From: Candidatus Palauibacter denitrificans
GTDB taxonomy: Bacteria > Gemmatimonadota > Gemmatimonadetes > Palauibacterales > Palauibacteraceae
DNA: 64,000 nt
Assembly (NCBI GenBank): GCA_009841015.1
Contig: VXMQ01000016.1
Location: 1,419-65,418 of the forward strand
Direction: 5' to 3'
Shown here: piece after piece, positions 7,338-15,751 of the stretch
Layout of the letters: the number at the start of each line of letters is the position of its first letter
Numbering within the stretch: position 1 is the first letter of the stretch
The notes under the pieces: model-generated
Databases searched by the model: none
What the model saw: the letters and a program-made list of their open reading frames with translations, nothing else
What the model was told of the DNA's origin: nothing
Program-made: the position numbers and the translations under genes

Positions 7338-10244
7338 ATGCAGTTGGAGATGGAGCCGTTCGGCGAGTTTGCCCGGCGCCACATAGGCCTGGCGCCCTCG
7401 GACATCGGTCCGATGCTGGAGGCGATCGACGCGAAGAGCCTGGGCGAACTCGTCGAGGAGACCGTTCCCGAGCCGATTCGCCTGGGTCGCGACCTCGACC
7501 TGCCGGAAGCGATCACCGAGAGGAGGCTTCTCGATCGCGCGGCGGAACTCGCCCGCCTCAACCGCCCCTTCCGTTCCTATCTCGGGCTGGGGTATCACGG
7601 AACCCTGACACCCGGCGTCATCCTCCGGAACATCATGGAGAACCCCGGCTGGTATACGCAGTATACGCCCTACCAGGCCGAGATCTCGCAGGGTCGTCTC
7701 GAGGCCCTGCTCAACTTCCAGACGATGGTCATCGACCTCACGGGGCTTCCGATCGCGAACGCCTCGCTCCTGGACGAGGGGACCGCCGCGGCGGAGGCGA
7801 TGCTCATGCTCTGGGGCAGCAAGGGGAGCGACGACCGGAACGTCTTCCTCGTGTCCGAGGCCTGCCACCCCCAGACCGTCGCCGTCGTCCGCGGCCGCGC
7901 CCGGCCGCTCGGAATCCAGGTTCGGCTCTTCCAGCACGGCGACATCGCGGCTCACGATCCGGACGATGCCTTCGGCGCGCTCCTTCAGTACCCGACCACG
8001 GAAGGCGCGGTCCTCGACTATCGGGGTCTCTGCGACGCCCTTCACGAGCACGGGGCCGGAGTCGTGGTCGCGGCGGATCTCCTCGCGCTCGCCCTGCTCG
8101 TGCCGCCGGGCGCGTTCGGCGCGGACATCGCCGTCGGCAACTCCCAGCGGTTCGGCGTACCCATGGGTTACGGCGGCCCGCACGCCGCCTACCTCGCGGC
8201 CACGGACGCGTTCAGGCGCAAGCTTCCGGGACGGATCATCGGAGTCTCGGTCGACGCGGACGGGAATCCGGCCCTCCGGATGGCCCTGCAGACGCGCGAG
8301 CAGCACATTCGGCGAGAGAAGGCGACATCGAACATCTGCACCGCCCAGGTGCTGCTCGCGATCATGGCCGGAATGTACGCCGTGTATCACGGCCCGCAGG
8401 GCATCCGCGCCATCGCGACCCGCGTCAGGAAGTTGGCGTGGACCCTCGCGCATGGACTCGACCGGCTCGGGCATACGGTCGTCCACGAGCATTTCTTCGA
8501 CACCCTGCAGGTCATCCCCTCGGGCTTCACCTCCGCGGACATCCTCGCCAGGGCCCGCGAACGCGGCATCAACCTGCGGGACTTCGAGGATGGGACCGTC
8601 GGGATCGCGCTCGACGAGACGGTGCGGGGCGAAGATATCGAGGACCTGTTCGCGGTCTTCGGGGGGGAGGACCGGCAGGACCTCGGCGCCGAAGATGTCG
8701 CCGCGGCCATTCCGGAGCCCGTCTATCCCGCAGAGCTCGCGCGCACATCGAGCTACCTCGAGCACCCGGTCTTCAACCGGTATCATTCCGAGACCGAGAT
8801 GTTGCGGTACATCCATCGGCTCGAAACCCGGGACCTGTCGCTGAACACGAGCATGATCCCGCTCGGATCGTGCACGATGAAGCTCAACGCGACCTCCGAG
8901 ATGATCCCCGTCACGTGGCCGGAGTTCGGGTCCCTGCACCCCTTCGCCCCCGTGGACCAGGCCGAAGGTTATCGGCGGCTGTTCGACGACCTGGAACGGT
9001 GGCTTTGCGAGATGAGCGGTCTGCCCGCCTGCTCGCTGCAGCCGAACTCGGGGGCCCAGGGCGAATACACCGGCTTGCTCGTGATCGCCGCCCGGCACGA
9101 GGACCGCGGCGAAGGAAGCCGGGACGTGTGCCTCATCCCGTCGTCGGCGCACGGGACGAACCCCGCGAGCGCGGTCATGGCCGGGATGAAGGTCGTGGTG
9201 GTCCGCTGCGACGAAAACGGGAACATCGATGTCGAGGATCTGCGCGCCAAGGCGGAGAAACATGCCGACCGGCTCGCGGCAACGATGATCACGTATCCCT
9301 CGACCCACGGCGTGTTCGAGTCCGCCATCAGGGAGGTCACGGATATCGTCCACGAGCACGGCGGACTGGTATACCTGGATGGCGCCAACCTCAACGCCCA
9401 GGTGGGCCTCTGCCGGCCGGGCGACTACGGTGCCGACGTCATCCACATCAACCTCCACAAGACGTTCGCCATCCCCCACGGCGGCGGCGGTCCGGGGATG
9501 GGTCCGATCTGCGTCACCGACGAACTCGCGCCCTACCTGCCGGGACACCCGCTCGTCGATGTCGGCGGCGAAGCCGCGATCCCGGCCGTCTCGGCCGCAC
9601 CGTGGGGAAGCGCGTCGATTCTCCTCATCTCGTGGGCGTACATCGCCATGCTCGGCCGCGACGGCGTGCGCGCGGCGACCGAGGCGGCCGTCCTGAACGC
9701 GAACTACATGGCCAGCCTTCTCAGCGAGCACTTCGACGTCCTCTACCGGGGCGAGCACGGGCGGGTCGCGCACGAGTTCATCCTTGATCTGCGTCCGCTC
9801 AGGCGGGGGACGGGCGTGACGGATGAGGATGTCGCGAAGCGGCTCATGGACTACGGATTCCATGCGCCCACCATGTCCTTCCCCGTCGCGGGCACGATCA
9901 TGATCGAGCCCACGGAGAGCGAGTCGAGGCGGGAACTGGACCGGCTCGTCCACGCCCTGGTCTCGATCCGCGAGGAGATTCGGAGAATCGCGGAGGGGAC
10001 GCTGGATGCGAAGGACAATCCGCTGAAGAACGCGCCCCACACCGCGGAGATGGTGACGGCCGATTCGTGGGACCACGCCTACACGCGGCGGGAAGCGGCG
10101 TGGCCGGCGCCCTCGACCCGGGAGTGGAAGTTCTGGCCGCCCGTGCGCCGCGTGAACAACGCCTACGGGGACCGGAACCTCATCTGCGCCTGTCCGCCGA
10201 TCGAGAGCTACGAGAGCGAGACCGCCGACACCGCGGCGGTGTAG
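7338..10244 (+). CDS. gcvP: Glycine dehydrogenase (decarboxylating), single-chain P protein
   Basis: 968 aa, typical length. Conserved [22 protein letters not shown] and the PLP-lysine region [16 protein letters not shown]. Confidence 0.95.
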   Translation: MQLEMEPFGEFARRHIGLAPSDIGPMLEAIDAKSLGELVEETVPEPIRLGRDLDLPEAITERRLLDRAAELARLNRPFRSYLGLGYHGTLTPGVILRNIMENPGWYTQYTPYQAEISQGRLEALLNFQTMVIDLTGLPIANASLLDEGTAAAEAMLMLWGSKGSDDRNVFLVSEACHPQTVAVVRGRARPLGIQVRLFQHGDIAAHDPDDAFGALLQYPTTEGAVLDYRGLCDALHEHGAGVVVAADLLALALLVPPGAFGADIAVGNSQRFGVPMGYGGPHAAYLAATDAFRRKLPGRIIGVSVDADGNPALRMALQTREQHIRREKATSNICTAQVLLAIMAGMYAVYHGPQGIRAIATRVRKLAWTLAHGLDRLGHTVVHEHFFDTLQVIPSGFTSADILARARERGINLRDFEDGTVGIALDETVRGEDIEDLFAVFGGEDRQDLGAEDVAAAIPEPVYPAELARTSSYLEHPVFNRYHSETEMLRYIHRLETRDLSLNTSMIPLGSCTMKLNATSEMIPVTWPEFGSLHPFAPVDQAEGYRRLFDDLERWLCEMSGLPACSLQPNSGAQGEYTGLLVIAARHEDRGEGSRDVCLIPSSAHGTNPASAVMAGMKVVVVRCDENGNIDVEDLRAKAEKHADRLAATMITYPSTHGVFESAIREVTDIVHEHGGLVYLDGANLNAQVGLCRPGDYGADVIHINLHKTFAIPHGGGGPGMGPICVTDELAPYLPGHPLVDVGGEAAIPAVSAAPWGSASILLISWAYIAMLGRDGVRAATEAAVLNANYMASLLSEHFDVLYRGEHGRVAHEFILDLRPLRRGTGVTDEDVAKRLMDYGFHAPTMSFPVAGTIMIEPTESESRRELDRLVHALVSIREEIRRIAEGTLDAKDNPLKNAPHTAEMVTADSWDHAYTRREAAWPAPSTREWKFWPPVRRVNNAYGDRNLICACPPIESYESETADTAAV

Positions 10245-10283
10245 GCCGCCCGCGACACTACACCAGGACCAGGAGGAGAGCGG

Positions 10284-10976
10284 ATGGCGCGACTCGTCTT
10301 TCACGGCCAGAGCTGCTACGAGATCGAAACGGCGGACGGGACCCGGATCCTCATCGACCCGTTCCTGACCGGGAACCCCGTGGCGGTTGTCGGACCGGAG
10401 CACTTCACCGACCGCCTCGACTATCTCCTCCTGACGCACGGGCACGGCGACCACATTGCGGACGCGTGGGACATCCTGAAGGCGACGGACGCGAAGCTCA
10501 TCGCCACGTACGAGATCGTGTCGTACGCCGGGGAAGTGCAGGGCCACGCGAACGCCCACCCCATGCACATCGGCGGCGCCCAAGAGTTTCCGTTCGGGCG
10601 CGTCAAGCTCACCGTGGCCCTGCACGGCGGGAAGATCGACGCGCCGGGGGCGGAGGCGTACACGACGACGCCCGCCGGCATCCTCCTCACCGTGGACGGC
10701 ACACGCGTCTACCACGCCGGAGATACGGGGCTCACGCGGGACATGGAGCTTCTGAACGGGGAAGTGGACGTGGCGCTGGTGCCGATCGGCGACAACTTCA
10801 CGATGGGTCCGGAGGACGCCGCGCGCGCGATAGAGATGATCGAGCCCCGCATCGCCGTTCCGAACCACTACGGCACCTGGGAGTTGATCGACGTCGATCC
10901 GGCCCGCTTCACGGCCGCCGTGGGCAACACCGCCGAGGTCGTGATCCTCGAGCCCGGAGAGGCTCTGGAGTTGTGA
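10284..10976 (+). CDS. UPF0173-family (YtkL-like) MBL-fold metal-dependent hydrolase
   Basis: LLTHGHGDHIADA, HAGDTGL, PIGDNFTMGPEDAA and NHYGT are collinear with the YtkL family as remembered. AGGAGGAG RBS. Confidence 0.8.
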   Translation: MARLVFHGQSCYEIETADGTRILIDPFLTGNPVAVVGPEHFTDRLDYLLLTHGHGDHIADAWDILKATDAKLIATYEIVSYAGEVQGHANAHPMHIGGAQEFPFGRVKLTVALHGGKIDAPGAEAYTTTPAGILLTVDGTRVYHAGDTGLTRDMELLNGEVDVALVPIGDNFTMGPEDAARAIEMIEPRIAVPNHYGTWELIDVDPARFTAAVGNTAEVVILEPGEALEL

Positions 10977-11845
10977 CCGCGCGGCGCGCGCGGGCGTACC
11001 GCGGATCGCCGTGCGTCGTACTCCCCTGGGCCGTGGCGGATGGCGCCCGCAACATGGCCGTGGACGAGGCGATGCTCGAACTTGCCGCGGGCGGTTCGAC
11101 GCTACTCCGCTTCTACGGCTGGGAACCCTGGTGCCTGTCGCTCGGGCGGCATCAGACGGCGCCGGACCGGCTGCTCGGACGTTCTCCCCATGAACTCCGT
11201 CCCGGCGTCGACGCCGTTCGGCGGCCAACCGGCGGCCGATCCGTCTTCCACGGACCCGAAATCACCTACGCCTTCGCCTGTCCCGCGCGGGCGTGGGGCG
11301 GGCCACGGGCCGTCCTGCAAACCGTGCACCGCGCACTGGCCGAGGGGCTGCGCTCCGTGGGCGTCCCCCTCGACACGGTTCAGGGCAACGATGAGAAGAC
11401 CCGTTTCGCCGAGGCCTCCCGGATCTCCGGCGCAAGCTGTTTTCGCGATCCCGCCCCCGGAGAACTCACCGCGCGCGGTCGCAAGCTCGTGGGCAGCGCC
11501 CAGTGCCGCCGCCGAGGGAGCGTGCTTCAGCACGGGTCCATCCTCCTGGAGGACCGCCAGCGCCTCGGCGACCTGGAAGGACGCGACATCGGGCCGGATG
11601 AGGGTGCCGCGGCGGGGATCTCCGGGAAGGGACCCGCGATCGGCCTGAACGAGTTGCTCGACCCCGTGCCCGACACTCGCCTCATCGTCGAGCGCCTCAT
11701 GGACAGCGTGGTCGGCGCGTTCGGCTCGCCCGCTGCTGCCGCGACGGACGTTTCGGCGGAGACCGCGCCCCCCGAGGCTCTGATCCGCCTTGCCGCCCGC
11801 TACGAGCCCGTCCACCGCTCCGACGCCTGGCTCTGGAACCGGTAA
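10973..11845 (+). CDS. Biotin/lipoate A/B protein ligase family protein (lipoate-protein ligase or octanoyltransferase)
   Basis: NMAVDEAMLE...LLRFYGWEPWCLSLGRHQ...GRKLVGSAQ pattern. GTGA overlap with the upstream gene. The functional context is next to gcvH, a lipoylated protein. Confidence 0.75.
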   Translation: MTARRARAYRGSPCVVLPWAVADGARNMAVDEAMLELAAGGSTLLRFYGWEPWCLSLGRHQTAPDRLLGRSPHELRPGVDAVRRPTGGRSVFHGPEITYAFACPARAWGGPRAVLQTVHRALAEGLRSVGVPLDTVQGNDEKTRFAEASRISGASCFRDPAPGELTARGRKLVGSAQCRRRGSVLQHGSILLEDRQRLGDLEGRDIGPDEGAAAGISGKGPAIGLNELLDPVPDTRLIVERLMDSVVGAFGSPAAAATDVSAETAPPEALIRLAARYEPVHRSDAWLWNR

Positions 11846-11862
11846 CGGCCCCGTACCGCCGC

Positions 11863-11891
11863 TTGACGGTCCCGCAGACCGCTTCTAGCTT
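11863..11891 (+). promoter_or_regulatory. Sigma-70-type promoter candidate for the ExbB-like gene
   Basis: TTGACG (11863-11868), 17-nt spacer, TAGCTT (11886-11891). Confidence 0.45.
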
Positions 11892-11976
11892 GGTTCCGCT
11901 CGTACTCGGGCGCATCCGCGCCGGACGTTGCGAGTCAGTCGATCGATGAACCTTACCGCTTACCGGGAGGACCACC

Positions 11977-12651
11977 TTGATAGCGTCCACACTCTGGTTG
12001 CAGGAGACACTGACGCTGGGTGAGGGTCAGTCGCTCAATCTGGTGGAGATCTGGGATGCCGGGGGTTGGATGATGTGGCCGCTGGGGGCCGCGCTCGCCA
12101 TTGGGATCCTCATCATCCTCTGGAAGCTCGTCGACCTGGGGTTGAAGGGCGGCAAGAACAAGACCGTTCTCCGGGAAGCCGACGAACAGATCGCCGCCGG
12201 CCACCTCGATGAGGCGCTCGAAGTCTGCACCGAATCCGGCGCTCCGGCGGGGAACGTCCTCAGCGCGGGGCTCGCGCGCTACAACGAAGGGACCGACCGC
12301 GCGACGCAGGCGGTGGAGAACGCCGGCGCGATCGAAGTCGCGGGGCTCGAGAAGGGTCTCGTGTGGTTGGCGACGCTGTCGAACGTTGCTCCGCTCCTCG
12401 GCTTCCTCGGGACCGTGATCGGGATGATCATGGCCTTCCAGGCCATTGAGATCGCGGGCGAAGTGGAGGCCACGCTGGTCGCCGGCGGGATCAAGGTGGC
12501 GCTCATCACCACCGCCACCGGTCTCACGATCGCGATTCCGATCAACATCTTCCACAACTACTTCGTGACGAAGATCGACCGCCTCGTCATCGACATGGAA
12601 GAGAGTGCCCAGCGTCTCATCGACGCGCTGCACGAGCGCGCGGCCGGCTAG
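11977..12651 (+). CDS. MotA/TolQ/ExbB proton-channel family protein
   Basis: Three TM segments with the conserved C-terminal half LATLSNVAPLLGFLGTVIGMI..F...A....A.GI.VALITTATGLTIAIP. TTG start 6 nt after GGGAGG. Confidence 0.85.
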   Translation: MIASTLWLQETLTLGEGQSLNLVEIWDAGGWMMWPLGAALAIGILIILWKLVDLGLKGGKNKTVLREADEQIAAGHLDEALEVCTESGAPAGNVLSAGLARYNEGTDRATQAVENAGAIEVAGLEKGLVWLATLSNVAPLLGFLGTVIGMIMAFQAIEIAGEVEATLVAGGIKVALITTATGLTIAIPINIFHNYFVTKIDRLVIDMEESAQRLIDALHERAAG

Positions 12652-12706
12652 AAGAAGAGAAGCTGGGCCGGGGCGTTCCCGGCGCGCACGAGGGGTTCCG
12701 AACAAG

Positions 12707-12735
12707 CGGCCCGCCATCCCGGCGGGCCGTTTTTC
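12707..12735 (+). terminator. Rho-independent terminator after the ExbB-like gene
   Basis: CGGCCCGCC (12707-12715) pairs with GGCGGGCCG (12721-12729) across a 5-nt loop, followed by TTTTT. Confidence 0.8.
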
Positions 12736-12856
12736 GTCCGGAGGCGGGGGCCTTCCGCTTGCATCGAGGGCACCGGGCCATCGAAGTTCGGTGTCGGGCC
12801 GCAGGGCGGGCCCGGTGTGAAACGGGGTGGGGACGACGTGGGAAGGAGGCCTTCCT

Positions 12857-15241
12857 GTGCATGTTCAGCGGCGAATCCGGCGCCTCGCGCGCATCCACCG
12901 GGCACGCGGTCCCTCGCTGGGGTCGCTACTGACGCTCGTCCTGGCTTCCGCGCTTGCCGCGCAGGCGGGGAGCGCGGGCCGCCCGCCCGGCTCCGGCCCG
13001 GTCGCGGCGACGACGGCGGACGCCGACATGCTGGAGCGGGCCCGGCGCCTTCTCGATGCCCGGATGCCGGTCTCGGCATCGGCGCTGTTGGCGCCCGCGC
13101 TCGCGGCGGGCGAGGTGGAGAGCGACGAGGCCGTGCTGCTGGTGGCGCGGGCCTTCACGGACCATCGGGCATGGGCTTCCGTGCTGGGCCTCCTCTCGGA
13201 GCATGAAGGCTCGACCGCGGCCGCGCGGGCGCAGGCCACGCTCCTCATGGCGCGGGCGTCCGCGGGGCTCGATAGCCTGACGCGGTCCGCCGCGCACTAC
13301 CGCGCGTATCTGGACGGGGTCGACGGGACACCTCCGCTCGGCGCGCGGGTCGAGTTCGCCCGCGTGTCCTACCGGCGCTACCAGTGGTACGAAGCACGGG
13401 ACCAACTCGCGCTCGCGGAGGGCGAACACCCGGAACTCGCGCCGTGGCTGCGGCTCTCGCGCCTCTACGCCCTGGCGGAGGCCGAGGATCCGGACGCCTT
13501 CGCCCTCGCGGACTCGATCGTACGCGAGACTCGCGTGCCGGCGGATTCCGCGCTCCTCCCCGCGGCCCGCCTGGCGTTCGAGCTGGAGGATCCCGAACGG
13601 GGGGCCGCGCTCGCGAGCCGAGCCGGCCGGGGCGTCCGGAACGTCCTCGCCGCCCGTCACCTCGGGCCGCACTACCTGGCGATCGGGGACTCCGCCGCGG
13701 CCGCGTCGGCCTTCGCCGATGCGGTCGCGAGAGGCCTCCAGACGCCGGAGACGGGACCCACGCTCCTCGGGCTCACGCGATCCTGGCGGACGCTGCGCGA
13801 TGTCGGGCGCTCCGACACCCGCGCGGGGCGTCACTCCCGCGGCGCCGGCTACCTCTCGGAAGCGCTGGAACTCGCACCCGCCGCCGAACGCCCGGGCATC
13901 GCCGAATCGCTCGCATCGGCGTACATGGCGCTGGGCGCTCCCGCGCGAGCAGCGGAGACGCTGGCCCCGTGGACCGGGGACCCCGCTTCCGTCACCGCGC
14001 CCCGGGCGTCGCTGTGGATGCTCGCCGCCAGCATCTACCGTGCGCTCGGGCGTCACGACGACGCCGAGGAGGCTCACGAGACGGCCGCTAGGGGCTCGGG
14101 GGATGTCGCGGCCCGCGCCGCTTACCTCCTCGCGGACCTCGAGCACGATGCCGGCCGCCCCGACATCGCCGCGGTGGGTTTCGAACGCTCCTACCGCGCG
14201 TTCCCCGGGGCGAGTTACGGGACGCGGTCGCTGGAACGACTCGCTCTGCTCGCGTACCACGAGGGCCGCTACGAGGAGGCGCGCACGCTCCTGGCGGAAT
14301 ACCGCGAGCGCTACCCGGAGGGCGAGTGGGTCCAGGGCGCGATCTACTGGGGCGGCAAGGTTGCGGAGGCGCTCGGTGACACCCAGGGCGCGAGCGCGTT
14401 CTACGCCCGCGCCCTCAGGTACAACCCGCTGGACTTCCAGGCCATTCTCTGTGAGCCCGCCACCGCACCGGGCCGCCTGGCGGCGACCCGCGATGGGGAG
14501 GGGGTGGCGCTGCCCGACCTCGATCCCGTCCACGCGACCGCGCTCCGGCGCATGAACACGCTGCGAGAGGTGGGGTGGCCCGAGCGCGCGCGCCGGGAAT
14601 ACCGTCGCGCCAGCGAGCGCGGACCGTCGACCTACGGGGCGATCCTCGCCTTCGCGCACGCCCTGAACGAAGCGGAATGGACGCGGGAGGGGATTCGCGA
14701 GGGATGGCGCGCGCAGGCGATTCGCGGCCGCTGGACCCGGCCGCTCCTCGAAGCGATCTATCCGCTCCCCTTCCGCGAGGCCCTCGTCGCCGCGGCCGAG
14801 CGGAACGGGCTCCCGCCGCACTTCGTCGCCGGACTCTCGCGTCGCGAGTCGATGTTCGACCCGGAGATCCGTTCCGTCGCCAATGCCATCGGTCTCATGC
14901 AGCTCCTGCCGGAGACGGCCCGCAACGTCTCCTCCCGCGCCGGACTCGCAGGCTATCGCCGCCACCAGCTCACGGTTCCGCAGGTCAACCTGATGCTCGG
15001 GACCCGGTACCTGGCTGAAGTTCTCGGCCGCTTCGACGGCTTCGATATCGCGGGGATGATTTCCTACAACGCCGGCCCCCATCGCTACACGCGCTGGCGC
15101 GACTTCCCCGAGTTCTCGGACGAGGAACAACTGGTCGAGCGGATCCCCTACCGGGAGACGCGCGAGTACGTCCGGGCGGTCACGGAACTGGCCGAAATCT
15201 ACCGCTTTCTGTACCCGGACCTCGGCGTCCCGAACCCCTGA
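12857..15241 (+). CDS. TPR-rich soluble lytic transglycosylase (Slt70-like)
   Basis: C-terminal SLT domain: GLSRRESMFDPEIRSVANAIGLMQLLPETA...YNAGPHRY. Signal peptide at the N-terminus. GTG 12857 lies 7 nt after GGAAGGAGG and is preferred over the ORF-track start at 12827. Confidence 0.85.
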   Translation: MHVQRRIRRLARIHRARGPSLGSLLTLVLASALAAQAGSAGRPPGSGPVAATTADADMLERARRLLDARMPVSASALLAPALAAGEVESDEAVLLVARAFTDHRAWASVLGLLSEHEGSTAAARAQATLLMARASAGLDSLTRSAAHYRAYLDGVDGTPPLGARVEFARVSYRRYQWYEARDQLALAEGEHPELAPWLRLSRLYALAEAEDPDAFALADSIVRETRVPADSALLPAARLAFELEDPERGAALASRAGRGVRNVLAARHLGPHYLAIGDSAAAASAFADAVARGLQTPETGPTLLGLTRSWRTLRDVGRSDTRAGRHSRGAGYLSEALELAPAAERPGIAESLASAYMALGAPARAAETLAPWTGDPASVTAPRASLWMLAASIYRALGRHDDAEEAHETAARGSGDVAARAAYLLADLEHDAGRPDIAAVGFERSYRAFPGASYGTRSLERLALLAYHEGRYEEARTLLAEYRERYPEGEWVQGAIYWGGKVAEALGDTQGASAFYARALRYNPLDFQAILCEPATAPGRLAATRDGEGVALPDLDPVHATALRRMNTLREVGWPERARREYRRASERGPSTYGAILAFAHALNEAEWTREGIREGWRAQAIRGRWTRPLLEAIYPLPFREALVAAAERNGLPPHFVAGLSRRESMFDPEIRSVANAIGLMQLLPETARNVSSRAGLAGYRRHQLTVPQVNLMLGTRYLAEVLGRFDGFDIAGMISYNAGPHRYTRWRDFPEFSDEEQLVERIPYRETREYVRAVTELAEIYRFLYPDLGVPNP

Positions 15242-15263
15242 TACGGTCGTTCCCGATGGCGTG

Positions 15264-15292
15264 TTGACGGGTCCAAATTGCTCCAATAGCAT
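15264..15292 (+). promoter_or_regulatory. Sigma-70-type promoter candidate for the cold-shock gene (long 5' UTR)
   Basis: TTGACG (15264-15269), 17-nt spacer, TAGCAT (15287-15292). Leaves a leader of about 90 nt, as is typical for csp genes. Confidence 0.5.
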
Positions 15293-15388
15293 ACCAGCGT
15301 CTCGTGTCCGGCGGCGCCCGAAAAACGACGCACAATCAGCTGCGTGGAGCGCCCGCAACACCCATCACCGAGGTACGCAGGAGGCAGG

Positions 15389-15595
15389 ATGCCATCAGGT
15401 ACGGTCAAGTGGTTCAACGACTCCAAGGGGTACGGTTTCATCGAGCAGCCCGACGGCGGCGATGACGTCTTCGTCCACTACTCGTCCATCGAAATGGACG
15501 GGTACAAGACGCTCGTTGAAGGGATGGCGGTGGACTACGAGTTCACGCAGGGCGACAGGGGCCTGCACGCGACCCGCGTCGTGCGCACCGCTTGA
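15389..15595 (+). CDS. Cold-shock protein (CspA family)
   Basis: [34 protein letters not shown] contains the RNP1/RNP2 motifs. AGGAGG RBS. 68 aa. Confidence 0.95.
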   Translation: MPSGTVKWFNDSKGYGFIEQPDGGDDVFVHYSSIEMDGYKTLVEGMAVDYEFTQGDRGLHATRVVRTA

Positions 15596-15620
15596 CCGGA
15601 GGCCGTCGCCGCAGCTTCAC

Positions 15621-15655
15621 GCGCCCCGCCCCTCGCGGCGGGGCGCTTTTTTTTT
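15621..15655 (+). terminator. Rho-independent terminator after the csp gene
   Basis: GCGCCCCGCC (15621-15630) pairs with GGCGGGGCGC (15637-15646), followed by nine T residues. Confidence 0.9.
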
Positions 15656-15751
15656 CGCCGGGCTTTGCCACGGACCGCCCCCCGGCCATACTGGAGCCCA
15701 TGCCGACCATCCCCGACAGCCGGTGAACCCCGCGTGGCAGCGCCAGGCGTG

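Noticed and set aside
7272-11228. 1318-aa ORF on the minus strand spanning gcvP, the UPF0173 gene and the ligase gene
   Set aside because: It is antisense to genes with unmistakable family motifs. Its translation is Arg/Gly/Pro/Asp-rich low complexity with no recognisable domain, a typical stop-codon-poor antisense frame at about 70% G+C.
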